A stretch of 64,000 nucleotides of DNA from Eledone cirrhosa. Lineage: Eukaryota. The stretch is taken from NCBI GenBank assembly GCA_964016885.1, contig OZ024749.1, positions 18,414,001-18,478,000 on the forward strand, given 5' to 3'. Positions within the stretch are counted from its first letter, which is position 1. Each line of letters opens with the position of its first letter. This document shows positions 15,401 to 30,400 of this stretch, piece by piece. The notes under the pieces are model-generated. The model did not search any database, was not told the DNA's origin, and saw nothing but the letters and a program-made list of their open reading frames with translations. The translations under genes were made by a program, and so were the position numbers.

Positions 15401-18400
15401 ACCGAATTATTTTTGTATAAGTTTCCAGAGTCCTCGCTTTGCCTGGATACTTAGCTGAGAAAAGTCTTCCCTGACGACGAAATGATTCTCAATATTTTCT
15501 TCGGAAAGTATATTTATTCCATTTCAGAAACTAATTAGTTGGGAGTGAAATTTTAGTAGGTAAGTTAATTTTATAATTTTCTTATTTTACGTCTCTCATA
15601 TTATTGTTGTGCAACCCCATGCATCGAACCACAAAGTTACTAAGACAAAACCTATATATTTGCTAGCATTGATATGCATCTGTATGTATATATATGTTAC
15701 TAGATATTAATTCTTTATAATTATCTCCAAATTATTTGTCGAGCAATATTGGCCAAGACTGCTGCTATGGTGGCAGGCAGGCCGCTGTCTTATTAACAAA
15801 CCACTTTCCACTGATTGACCTCGATGTCACGTGATTGATTCTTTTTTAATTTGCGATCGACGCAGAGGCAGTGATTTTCTCAATGGCTAGGAATTCAGTC
15901 CACACTTTGCTATTTTCTATACACTGAATTATTTTTGTATAAGTTTCCAGAGTCCTCGCTTTGCCTGGATACTTAGCTGAGAATAGTCTTCCCTGACGAC
16001 GACATGATTCTCAATATTTTCTTCGGAAAGTATATTTATTCCATTACAGAAATGAATTAGTTGGGAGTGAAATTTTAGTAAGTAAGTTAATTTTATAATT
16101 TTCTTATTTTACGTCTCTCATATTATTGTTCTACAACCCCATGCATTGAACCACAAAGTTACTAAGACAAAACCTATATATTTGCTAGTATTGATATGCA
16201 TCTGTATGTATATATATGTTACTAGATATTAATTCTTTATAATTATCTCCAAACTATTTGTCGAGCAATATTGGCCAAGACTGCTGCTATGATAGCAGGC
16301 AGGCCGCTGTCTTATTAACAAACCACTTTCCACTGATTGACCACGATGTCACGTGATTAATCCTTTTTGAATTTGCCACCGACGCAGAGGCAGTGATTTT
16401 CTCAATGGCTAGGAGTTTAGTCCACGCTTTGCTATTTTCTATCCACTTAATTATTTTTGTATAAGTTTCCAGAGTCCTCGCTTTGCCTGGATACTTAGCT
16501 GAGAATAGTCTTCCCTGACGACGAAATGATTCTCAATATTTTCTTCGGAAAGTATATTTATTCCATTTCAGAAACTAATTAGTTGGGAGTGAAATTTTAG
16601 TAGGTAAGTTAATTTTATAATTTTCTTATTTTACGTCTCTCATATTATTGCTCTGCAACCCCATGCATTGAACCACACAGTTACTAAGACAAAACCTATA
16701 TATTTGCTAGCATTGATATGCATCTGTATGTATATATATGTTACTAGATATTAATTCTTTATGATTATCTCCAAACTATTTGTCGAGCAATATTGGCCAA
16801 GACTGCTGCTATGATGGCAGGCAGGCCGCTGTCTTATTAACAAACCACTTTCCACTGATTGACCTCGATGTCACGTGATTGATTCTTTTTGAATGTGCCA
16901 CCGGCGCAGAGGCAGTGATTTTCTCAATGGCTAGGAGTTCAGTCCACGCTTTGCTATTTTCTATCCACTGAATTATTTTTGTATAAGTTTCCATAGTCCT
17001 CGCTTTGCCTGGATACTTAGCTGAGAATAGTCTTCCCTGACGACGAAATGATTCTCAATATTTTCTTCCGAAAGTATATTTATTCCATTTCAGAAACTAA
17101 TTAGTTGGGAGTGAAATTTTAGTAAGTAAGTTAATTTCATAATTTTCTTATTTTACGTCTCTCATATTATTGTTGTGCAACCCCATGCATTGAACCACAA
17201 AGTTACTAAGACAAAACCTATATATTTGCTAGCATTGATATGCATCTGTATGTATATATATGTTACTAGATATTAATTCTTTATAATTATCTCCAAATTA
17301 TTTGTCGAGCAATATTGGCCAAGACTGCTGCTATGGTGGCAGGCAGGCCGCTGTCTTATTAACAAACCACTTTCCACTGATTGACCTCGATGTCTCGTGA
17401 TTGATTCTTTTTTAATTTGCCACCAACGCAGAGGCAGTGATTTTCTCAATGGCTAGGAATTTAGTGCACACTTTGCTATTTTCTATCCACTGAATTATTT
17501 TTGTATAAGTTTCCAGAGTCCTCGCTTTGCCTGGATACTTAGCTGAGAATAGTCTTCCCTGACGACGACACGATTCTCAATATTTTCTTCGGAAAGTATA
17601 TTTATTCCATGTCAGAAACTAATTAGTTGGGAGAGAAATTTTAGTAAGTAAGTTAATTTTATAATTTTCTCATTTTACGTCTCTCATATTATTGTTCTAC
17701 AACCCCATGCATTGAACCACAAAGCTATTAAGACAAAACCTATATATTTGCTAGCATTGATATGCATATGTATGTATATATATGTTACTAGATATTTATT
17801 CTTTATAATTATCTCCAAATTATTTGTCTAGCAATATTGGCCAAAACAGCTTGCTATGATTGCAGGCAGGCCGCTGTCTTATTAACAAACCACTTTCCAC
17901 TGATTGACCTCGATGTAACGTGATTGATTCTTTTTGAATGTGCCACCGGCGCAGAGGCAGTGATTTTCTCAATGGCTAGGAGTTCAGTCCACGCTTTGCT
18001 ATTTTCTATCCACTGAATTATTTTTGTATAAGTTACCAGAGTCCTCGCTTTGCCTGGATACTTAGCTGAGAATAGTCTTCCCTGACGACGAAATGATTCT
18101 CAATGTTTTCTTCCGAAAGTATATTTATTCCATTTCAGAAATTAAATAGTTGGGATTGAAATTTTAGTAAGTAAGTTAATTTTATAATTTTCTTATTTAA
18201 CGTCTCTCATATTATCGTTCTGCAACCCCATGCATTGAACCACAAAGTTATTAACACAAAACCTATATATTTGCTAGCATTGATATGCATCTATATGTAT
18301 ATATATGTTACTAGATATTAATTCTTTATAATTATCTCCAAATTATTTGTCTAGCAATATTGGCCAAGACAGCTGCTATGGTGGCAGGCAGGCCGCTGTC

Positions 18401-21400
18401 TTATTAACAAACCACTTTCCACTGATTGACCTTGATGTCACGTGATTGATTCTTTTGGTATTTGCCACCGACACGGAGGCAGTGATTTTCTCAATGGCTA
18501 GGAATTTAGTCCACACTTTGCTATTTTCTATCCACTGAATTATTTTTGTATACGTTTCCAGAGTCCTCGCTTTGCCTGGATACTTAGCTGAGAATAGTTT
18601 TCCCTGAAGGCGACATGATTCTCAATATTTTCTTCGGAAAGTATATTTATTCCATTTCAGAAACTAATTAGTTGGGAGTGAAATTTTAGTAAGTAAGTTA
18701 ATTTTATAATTTTCTTATTTTACGTCTCTCATATTATTGTTCTGCAACCCCATGCATTGAACCACAAAGTTACTAAGACAAAACCTATATATTTGCTAGC
18801 ATTGATATGCATCTGTATGTATATATATGTTACTAGATATTAATTCTTTATAATTATTTCCAAACTATTTGTCGAGCAATATTGGCCAAGACTGCTGCTA
18901 TGATGGCAGGCAGGCCGCTGTCTTATTAACAAACCACTTTCCACTGATTGACCACGATGTCACGTGATTAATCCTTTTTGAATTTGCCACCGACGCAGAG
19001 GCAGTGATTTTCTCAATGGCTAGGAATTCAGTCCACGCTTTGCTATTTTCTATCCACTGAATTATTTTTGTATAAGTTTCCAGAGTCCTCGCTTTGCCTG
19101 GATACTTAGCTGAGAATAGTCTTCCCTGACGACAAAATGATTCTCAATACTTTCTTCGGAAAGTATATTTATTCCATTTCAGAAACTAAGTAGTTGGGAG
19201 TGAAATTTTAGTAAGTAAGTTAATTTTATAATTTTCTTATTATACGTCTCTCATATTATTGTTCTGCAACCCCATGCATTGAACAACAAAGTTACTAAGA
19301 CAAAACCTATATATTTGCTAGCATTGATATGCATCTATATATATATATGTTACTAGATATTAATTCTTTATAATTATCTCCAAATTATTTGTCTAGCAAT
19401 ATTGGCCAAGACTGCTGCTATGATTGCAGGCAGGCCGCTGTCTTATTAACAAACCACTTTCCACTGATTGACCTCGATGTCACGTGATTGATTCTTTTTG
19501 AATGTGCCACCGACGCAGAGGCAGTGATTTTCTCAATGGCTAGGAATTCAGTCCACGCTTTGCTATTTTCTATCCACTGAATTATTTTTGTATAAGTTTC
19601 CATAGGACTCGCTTTGCCTGGATACTTAGCTGAGAATCGTCTTCCCTGAAGACAAAATGATTCTCAATATTTTCTTCGGAAAGTATATTTATTCCATTTC
19701 AGAAACTAATTAGTTGGGAGTGAAATTTTAGTAAGTAAGTTAATTTTATAATTTTCTTGTTTTACGTCTCTCATATTATTGTTCTACAACCCCATGCATT
19801 GAACCACAAAGTTACTAAGACAAAACCTATATATTTGCTAGCATTGATATGCATCTGTATGTATATATATGTTACTAGATATTAATTCTTTATAATTATC
19901 TCCAAATTATTTGTCGAGCAATATTGGCCAAGACAGTTGCTATGGTGGCAGGCAGGCCGCTGTCTTATTAACAAACCACTTTCCACTGATTGACCTTGAT
20001 GTCACGTGATTGATTCTTTTGGTATTTGCCACCGACACGGAGGCAGTGATTTTCTCAATGGCTAGGAATTTAGTCCACACTTTGCTATTTTCTATCCACT
20101 GAATTATTTTTGTATAAGTTTCCAGAGTCCTCGCTTTGCCTGGATACTTAGCTGAGAATAGTTTTCCCTGAAGACGAAATGATTCTCAATATTTTCTTCG
20201 GAAAGTATATTTATTCCATTTCAGAAACTAATTAGTTGGGAGTGAAATTTTAGTAAGTAAGTTAATTTTATAATTTTCTTATTTTACGTCTCTCATATTA
20301 TTGTTCTACAACCCCATGCATTGAACCACAAAGCTACTAAGACAAAACCTATATATTTGCTAGCATTGATATGCATCTGTATGTATATATATGTTACTAG
20401 ATATTAATTCTTTATAATTATCTCCAAATTATTTGTATAGCAATATTGGCCAAGACTGCTGCTATGATTGCAGGCAGGCCGCTGTCTTATTAGCAAACCA
20501 CTTTCCACTGATTGACCTCGATGTCACGTGATTGATTCTTTTTGAATGTGCCACCGACGCAGAGGCAGTGATTTTCTCAATGGCTAGGAGTTCAGTTCAC
20601 GCTTTGCTATTTTCTATCCACTGAATTATTTTTGTATAAGTTTCCAGAGTCCTCGCTTTGCCTGGATACTTAGCTGAGAATAGTCTTCCCTGACGACGAA
20701 ATGATTCTCAATATTTTCTTCGGAAAGTATATTGATTCCATTTTAGAAACTAAATAGTTGGCAGTGAAATTTTAGTAAGTAAGTTAATTTAATAATTTTC
20801 TTATTTTACGTCTCTCATATTATTGTTCTACAACCTCATGCATTGAACCACAAAGTTACTAAGACAAAACCTATATATTTGCTAGCATTGATATGCATCT
20901 GTATGTATATATATGTTACTAGATATTAATTCTTTATAATTATCACCAAATTATTTGTCTAGCAATATTGGCCAAAACTGTTGCTATGATGGCAGGCAGG
21001 CCGCTGTCTTATTAACAAACCACTTTCCACTGATTGACCTTGATGTCACGTGATTGATTCTTTTTGAATTTGCCACCGACGCAGTGGCAGTGATTTTCTC
21101 AATGGCTAGGAATTCAGTCCACGCTTTGCTATTTTGTATCCACTGAATTATTTTTGTATAAGTTTCCAGAGTCCTCGCTTTGCCTGGATACTTAGCTTAG
21201 AAAAGTCTTCCCTGACGACGAAATGATTCTCAATATTTTCTTCGGAAAGTATATTTATTCCATTTCAGAAACTAATTAGTTGGGAGTGAAATTTTAGTAA
21301 GTAAGTTAATTTTATAATTTTCTTATTTTACGTCTCTCATATTATTGTTCTACAACCCCATGCATTGAACCACACAGTTACTAAGACAAAACCTCTATAT

Positions 21401-24400
21401 TTGCTAGCATTGATATGCATCTGTATGTATATATATGTTACTAGATATTAATTCTTTATGATTACCTCCAAACTATTTGTCGAGCAATATTGGCCAAGAC
21501 TGTTGCTATGATGGCAGGCAGGCCGCTGTCTTATTAACAAACCACTTTCCACTGATTGACCTCGATGTCACGTGATTGATTCTTTTTGAATGTGCCACCG
21601 GCGCAGAGCCAGTGATTTTCTCAATGGCTAGGAGTTCAGTCCACGCTTTGCTATTTTCTATCCACTGAATTATTTTTGTATAAGTTTCCAGAGTCCTCGC
21701 TTTGCCTGGATACTTAGCTGAGAATAGTCTTCCCTGACGACGAAATGATTCTCAATATTTTCTTCGGAAAGTATATTTATTCCATTTTAGAAACTAAATA
21801 GTTGGGAGTGAAATTTTAGTAAGTAACTTAATTTAATAATTTTCTTATTTTACGTCTCTCATATTATTGTTCTACAACCCCATGCATTGAACCACAAAGT
21901 TACTAAGACAAAACCTATATATTTGCTAGCATTGATATGCATCTGTATGTATATATATCTTACTAGATATTAATTCTTTATAATTATCTCCAAATTATTT
22001 GTCTAGCAATATTGGCCAAAACTGCTGCTATGATGGCAGGCAGGCCGTTGTCTTATTAAGAAACCACTTTCCACTGATTGACCTTGATGTCACGTGATTG
22101 ATTCTTTTTGAATTTGCCACCGACGCAGAGGCAGTGATTTTCTCAATGGCTAGGAATTCAGTCCACGCTTTGCTATTTTCTATCCACTGAATTATTTTTG
22201 TATAAGTTTCCTGAGTCCTCGCTTTGCCTGGATACTTAGCTGAGAATAGTCTTGCCTGACGACGACATGTTTCTCAATATTTTCTTCGGAAAGTATATTT
22301 ATTCCATTTCAGAAACTAAATAGTTGGGAGTGAAATTTTAGTAAGTAAGTTAATTTTATAATTTTCTTATTTTACGTCTCTCATATTATTGTTCTGCAAC
22401 CCCATGCATTGAACCACAAAGTTACTATAACAAAACCTATATATTTGCTAGCATTGATATGCATCTGTATGTATATATATGTTACTAGATATTAATTCTT
22501 TATGATTATCTCCAAACTATTTGTCGAGCAATATTGGCCAAGATTGCTGCGATGATGGCAGGCAGGCCGCTGTCTTATTAACAAAGCACTTTCCACTGAT
22601 TGACCTCGATGTCACGTGATTGATTCTTTTTGAATGTGCCACCGACGCAGAGGCAGTGATTTTCTTAATGGCTAGGAGTTCAGTCCACGCTTTGCTATTT
22701 TCTATCCACTGAATTATTTTTGTATAAGTTTCCTGAGTCCTCGCTTTGCCTGGATACTTAGCTGAGAATAGTCTTCCCTGACGACGAAATGATTCTCAAT
22801 ATTTTCTTCGGAAAGTATATTTATTCCATTTCAGAAATTAAATAGTTGGGAGTGAAATTTTAGTAAGTAAGTTAATTTTATAATTTTCTTATTTTACGTC
22901 TCTCATATTATTGTTCTGCAACCCCATGCATTGAACCACAAAGTTACTCAGACAAAACCTATATATTTGCTAGCATTGATATGCATCTATATATATATAT
23001 ATGTTACTAGATATTAATTCTTTATAATTATCTCCAAATTATTTGTCGAGCAATATTGGCGAAGACTGCTGCTATGGTGGCAGGCAGGCCGCTGTCTTCT
23101 TAACAAACCACTTTCCACTGATTGACCTCGATGTCACGTGATTGATTCTTTTTGAATGTGCCACCGACGCAGAGGCAGTGATTTTCTCAATGGCTAGGAG
23201 TTCAGTCCACGCTTTGCTATTTTCTATCCACTGAATTATTTTTGTATAAGTTTCCAGAGTCCTCGCTTTTCCTGGATACTTAGCTGAGAATAGTCTTCCC
23301 TGAAGACGAAATGAATCTCTATATTTTCTTCGTAAAGTATATTTATTCCATTTCAGAAACTAATTAGTTGGGAGTGAAATTTTAGTAAGTTAATTTTATA
23401 ATTTTCTTATTTTACGTCTCTCATATTATTGTTCTACAACCCCATGCATTGAACCACAAAGTTACTCAGACAAAACCTATATATTTGCTAGCATTGATAT
23501 GTATCTGTATGTATATATATGTTACTAGATATTAATTCTTTATAATTATCTCCAAATTATTTGTGTAGCAATATTGGCCAACACTGCTGCTATGATGGCA
23601 GGCAGGCCGCTGTCGTATTAACAAACCCCTTTCCACTGATTGACCTCGATGTCACGTGATTGATTCTTTTTGAATGTGCCACCGACGCAGAGGCAGTTCA
23701 TTTCTCAATGGCTAGGAGTTCAGTCCAAGCTTTGCTATTTTCTATCCACTGAATTATTTTTGTATAAGTTTCCAGAGTCCTCGCTTTGCCTGGATACTTT
23801 GCTGAGAAAAGTCTTCCCTGACGACGAAATGATTCTCAATATTTTCTTCGGAAAGTATATTTATTCCATTTCAGAAACTAATTAGTTGGGAGTGAAATTT
23901 TAGTAAGTAAGTTAATTTTATAATTTTATTATTTTACGTCTCTCATATTATTGTTCTACAACCCCATGCATTGAACCACACAGTTACTAAGACAAAACCT
24001 ATATATTTGCTAGCATTGATATGCATCTGTATGTATATATATGTTACTAGATATTAATTCTTTATGATTACCTCCAAACTATTTGTCGAGCAATATTGGC
24101 CAAGACTGCTGCTATGATGGCAGGCAGGCCGCTGTCTTATTAACAAACCACTTTCCACTGATTGACCTCGATGTCACGTGATTGATTCTTTTTGAATGTG
24201 CCACCGACGCAGAGGCAGTGATTTTCTCGATGGCTAGGAGTTCAGTCCACGCTTTGCTATTTTCTATCCACTGAATTATTTTTGTATAAGTTTCCAGAGT
24301 CCTCGCTTTGCCTGGATACTTAGCTGAGAATAGTCTTCCATGAAGACGAAATGATTCTCAATATTTTCTTCGTAAAGTATATTTATTCCATTTCAGAAAT

Positions 24401-27400
24401 TAATTAGTTGGGAGTGAAATTTTAGTAAGTTAATTTTATAATTTTCTTATTTTACGTCTCTCATATTATTGTTCTACAACCCCATGCATTGAACCACAAA
24501 GTTACTAAGACAAAACCTATATATTTGCTAGCATTGATATGCATCTGTATGTATATATATGTTACTAGATATTAATTCTTTATAAATATCTCCAAATTAT
24601 TTGTCGAGCAATATTGGCGAAGACTGCTGCTATGGTGGCAGGCAGGCCGCTGTCTTATTAACAAACCACTTTCCACTGATTGACCTCGATGTCACGTGAT
24701 TGATTCTTTTTGAATGTGCCACCGACGCAGAGGCAGTGATTTTCTCAATGGCTAGGAGTTCAGTCCACGCTTTGCTATTTTCTATCCACTGAATTATTTT
24801 TGTATAAGATTCCAGAGTACTCGCTTTTCCTGGATACTTAGCTGAGAATAGTCTTCCCTGAAGACGAAATGATTCTCAATATTTTCTTCGGAAAGTATAT
24901 TTATTCCATTTCAGAAACTAATTAGTTGGGATTGAAATTTTAGTAAGTAAGTTAATTTTATAATTTTCTTATTTTACGTCTCTCATATTATTGTTCTACA
25001 ACCCCATGCACTGAACCACAAAGTTACTAAGACAAAACCTATATATTTGCTAGCATTGATATGTATCTGTATGTATATATATGTTACTAGATATTAATTC
25101 TTTATAATTATCTCCAAATTATTTGTCTAGCAATATCGGCCAACACTGCTGCTATGATGGCAGGCAGGCCGCTGCCTTATTAACAAACCACTTTGCACTG
25201 ATTGACCTCGATGTCACGTGATTGATTCTTTTTGAATGTGCCACCGACGCAGAGGCAGTGATTTTCTCAATGGCTAGGAATTCAGTCCACACTTTGCTAT
25301 TTTCTATCCACTGAATTATTTTTGTATAAGTTTCCTGAGTCCTCGCTTTGCCTGGATACTTAGCTGAGAAAAGTCTTCCCTGACGACGAAATGATTCTCA
25401 ATATTTTCTTCGGAAAGTATATTTATTCCATTTCAGAAACAAATTAGTTGGGAGTGAAATTTTAGTAAGTAAGTTAATTTTATAATTTTATTATTTTACG
25501 TCTCTCATATTATTGTTCTACAACCCCATGCATTGAACCACACAGTTACTAAGACAAAACCTATATATTTGCTAGCATTGATATGCATCTGTATGTATAT
25601 ATATGTTACTAGATATTAATTCTTTATGATTACCTCCAAAATATTTGTCTAGCAATATTGGCCAAGACTGCTGCTATGATGGCAGGCAGGCCGCTGTCTT
25701 ATTAACAAACCACTTTCCACTGATTGACCTCGATGTAACGTGATTGATTCTTTTTGAATGTGCCACCGACGCAGAGGCAGTTCATTTCTCAATGGCTAGG
25801 AGTTCAGTCCAAGCTTTGCTATTTTCTATCCACTGAATTATTTTTGTATAAGTTTCCAGAGTCCTCGCTTTGCCTGGATACTTAGCTGAGAATAGTCTTC
25901 CCTGACGACGAAATGATTCTCAATATTTTCTTCGGAAAGTATATTTATTCCATTTTAGAAACTAAATAGTTGGGAGTGAAATTTTAGTAAGTAACTTAAT
26001 TTAATAATTTTCTTATTTTACGTATCTCATATTATTGTTCTACAACCCCATGCATTGAACCACAAAGTTACTAAGACAAAACCTATATATTTGCTAGCAT
26101 TGATATGCATCTATATATATATATGTTACTAGATATTAATTCTTTATAATTATCTCCAAATTATTTGTCTAGCAATATTGGCCAAAACTGCTGCTATGAT
26201 GTAAGGCAGGCCGCTGTCTTATTAACAAACCACTTTCCACTGATTGACCTTGATGTCACGTGATTGATTCTTTTTGAATTTGCCATGGACGCAGAGGCAG
26301 TGATTTTCTCAATGGCTAGGAATTCAGTCCACGCTTTGCTATTTTCTATCCACTGAATTATTTTTGTATAAGTTTCCAGAGTCCTCGCTTTGCCTGGATA
26401 CTTAGCTGAGAATAGTCTTGCCTGACGACGAAATGATTCTCAATATTTTCGTCGGAAAGTATATTTATTCCATTTCAGAAATTAAATAGTTGGGAGTGAA
26501 ATTTTAGTAAGTAAGTTAATTTTATAATTTTCTTATTTTACGTCTCTCATATTATTGTTCTGCAACCCCATGCATTGAACCACAAAGTTACTCAGACAAA
26601 ACCTATATATTTGCTAGCATTGATATGCATCTATATATATATATGTTACTAGATATTAATTCTTTATAATTATCTCCAAATTATTTGTCGAGCAATATTG
26701 GCGAAGACTGCTGCTATGGTGGCAGGCAGGCCGCTGTCTTATTAACAAACCACTTTCCACTGATTGACCTCGATGTCACGTGATTGATTCTTTTTGAATG
26801 TGCCACCGACGCAGAGGCAGTGATTTTCTCAATGGCTAGGAGTTCAGTCCACGCTTTGCTATTTTCTATCCACTGAATTATTTTTGTATAAGTTTCCTGA
26901 GTCCTCGCTTTGCCTGGATACTTAGCTGAGAATAGTCTTCCCTGACGACGAAATGATTCTCAATATTTTCTTCGGAAAGTATATTTATTCCATTTCAGAA
27001 ATTAAATAGTTGGGAGTGAAATTTTAGTAAGTAAGTTAATTTTATAATTTTCTTGTTTTACGTCTCTCATATTATTGTTCTGCAACCCCATGCATTGAAC
27101 CACAAAGTTACTATAACAAAACCTATATATTTGCTAGCATTGATATGCATCTGTATGTATATATATGTTACTAGATATTAATTCTTTATGATTATCTCCA
27201 AACTATTTGTCGAGCAATATTGGCCAAGATTGCTGCGATGATGGCAGGCAGGCCGCTGTCTTATTAACAAAGCACTTTCCACTGATTGACCTCGATGTCA
27301 CGTGATTGATTCTTTTTGAATGTGCCACCGACGCAGAGGCAGTGATTTTCTTAATGGCTAGGAGTTCAGTCCACGCTTTGCTATTTTCTATCCACTGAAT

Positions 27401-30400
27401 TATTTTTGTATAAGTTTCCTGAGTCCTCGCTTTGCCTGGATACTTAGCTGAGAATAGTCTTCCCTGACGACGAAATGATTCTCAATATTTTCTTCGGAAA
27501 GTATATTTATTCCATTTCAGAAATTAAATAGTTGGGAGTGAAATTTTAGTAAGTAAGTTAATTTTATAATTTTCTTATTTTACGTCTCTCATATTATTGT
27601 TCTGCAACCCCATGCATTGAACCACAAAGTTACTCAGACAAAACCTATATATTTGCTAGCATTGATATGCATCTATATATATATATATGTTACTAGATAT
27701 TAATTCTTTATAATTATCTCCAAATTATTTGTCGAGCAATATTGGCGAAGACTGCTGCTATGGTGGCAGGCAGGCCGCTGTCTTCTTAACAAACCACTTT
27801 CCACTGATTGACCTCGATGTCACGTGATTGATTCTTTTTGAATGTGCCACCGACGCAGAGGCAGTGATTTTCTCAATGGCTAGGAGTTCAGTCCACGCTT
27901 TGCTATTTTCTATCCACTGAATTATTTTTGTATAAGTTTCCAGAGTCCTCGCTTTTCCTGGATACTTAGCTGAGAATAGTCTTCCCTGAAGACGAAATGA
28001 ATCTCTATATTTTCTTCGTAAAGTATATTTATTCCATTTCAGAAACTAATTAGTTGGGAGTGAAATTTTAGTAAGTAAGTTAATTTTATAATTTTATTAT
28101 TTTACGTCTCTCATATTATTGTTCTACAACCCCATGCATTGAACCACACAGTTACTAAGACAAAACCTATATATTTGCTAGCATTGATATGCATCTGTAT
28201 GTATATATATGTTACTAGATATTAATTCTTTATGATTACCTCCAAACTATTTGTCGAGCAATATTGGCCAAGACTGCTGCTATGATGGCAGGCAGGCCGC
28301 TGTCTTATTAACAAACCACTTTCCACTGATTGACCTCGATGTCACGTGATTGATTCTTTTTGAATGTGCCACCGACGCAGAGGCAGTGATTTTCTCGATG
28401 GCTGGGAGTTCAGTCCACGCTTTGCTATTTTCTATCCACTGAATTATTTTTGTATAAGTTTCCAGAGTCCTCGCTTTGCCTGGATACTTAGCTGAGAATA
28501 GTCTTCCATGAAGACGAAATGATTCTCAATATTTTCTTCGTAAAGTATATTTATTCCATTTCAGAAATTAATTAGTTGGGAGTGAAATTTTAGTAAGTTA
28601 ATTTTATAATTTTCTTATTTTACGTCTCTCATATTATTGTTCTACAACCCCATGCATTGAACCACAAAGTTACTAAGACAAAACCTATATATTTGCTAGC
28701 ATTGATATGCATCTGTATGTATATATATGTTACTAGATATTAATTCTTTATAAATATCTCCAAATTATTTGTCGAGCAATATTGGCGAAGACTGCTGCTA
28801 TGGTGGCAGGCAGGCCGCTGTCTTATTAACAAACCACTTTCCACTGATTGACCTCGATGTCACGTGATTGATTCTTTTTGAATGTGCCACCGACGCAGAG
28901 GCAGTGATTTTCTCAATGGCTAGGAGTTCAGTCCACGCTTTGCTATTTTCTATCCACTGAATTATTTTTGTATAAGATTCCAGAGTACTCGCTTTTCCTG
29001 GATACTTAGCTGAGAATAGTCTTCCCTGAAGACGAAATGATTCTCAATATTTTCTTCGGAAAGTATATTTATTCCATTTCAGAAACTAATTAGTTGGGAT
29101 TGAAATTTTAGTAAGTAAGTTAATTTTATAATTTTCTTATTTTACGTCTCTCATATTATTGTTCTACAACCCCATGCACTGAACCACAAAGTTACTAAGA
29201 CAAAACCTATATATTTGCTAGCATTGATATGTATCTGTATGTATATATATGTTACTAGATATTAATTCTTTATAATTATCTCCAAATTATTTGTCTAGCA
29301 ATATCGGCCAACACTGCTGCTATGATGGCAGGCAGGCCGCTGCCTTATTAACAAACCACTTTGCACTGATTGACCTCGATGTCACGTGATTGATTCTTTT
29401 TGAATGTGCCACCGACGCAGAGGCAGTGATTTTCTCAATGGCTAGGAATTCAGTCCACACTTTGCTATTTTCTATCCACTGAATTATTTTTGTATAAGTT
29501 TCCTGAGTCCTCGCTTTGCCTGGATACTTAGCTGAGAAAAGTCTTCCCTGACGACGAAATGATTCTCAATATTTTCTTCGGAAAGTATATTTATTCCATT
29601 TCAGAAACAAATTAGTTGGGAGTGAAATTTTAGTAAGTAAGTTAATTTTATAATTTTATTATTTTACGTCTCTCATATTATTGTTCTACAACCCCATGCA
29701 TTGAACCACACAGTTACTAAGACAAAACCTATATATTTGCTAGCATTGATATGCATCTGTATGTATATATATGTTACTAGATATTAATTCTTTATGATTA
29801 CCTCCAAAATATTTGTCTAGCAATATTGGCCAAGACTGCTGCTATGATGGCAGGCAGGCCGCTGTCTTATTAACAAACCACTTTCCACTGATTGACCTCG
29901 ATGTAACGTGATTGATTCTTTTTGAATGTGCCACCGACGCAGAGGCAGTTCATTTCTCAATGGCTAGGAGTTCAGTCCAAGCTTTGCTATTTTCTATCCA
30001 CTGAATTATTTTTGTATAAGTTTCCAGAGTCCTCGCTTTGCCTGGATACTTAGCTGAGAATAGTCTTCCCTGACGACGAAATGATTCTCAATATTTTCTT
30101 CGGAAAGTATATTTATTCCATTTTAGAAACTAAATAGTTGGGAGTGAAATTTTAGTAAGTAACTTAATTTAATAATTTTCTTATTTTACGTATCTCATAT
30201 TATTGTTCTACAACCCCATGCATTGAACCACAAAGTTACTAAGACAAAACCTATATATTTGCTAGCATTGATATGCATCTATATATATATATGTTACTAG
30301 ATATTAATTCTTTATAATTATCTCCAAATTATTTGTCTAGCAATATTGGCCAAAACTGCTGCTATGATGTAAGGCAGGCCGCTGTCTTATTAACAAACCA

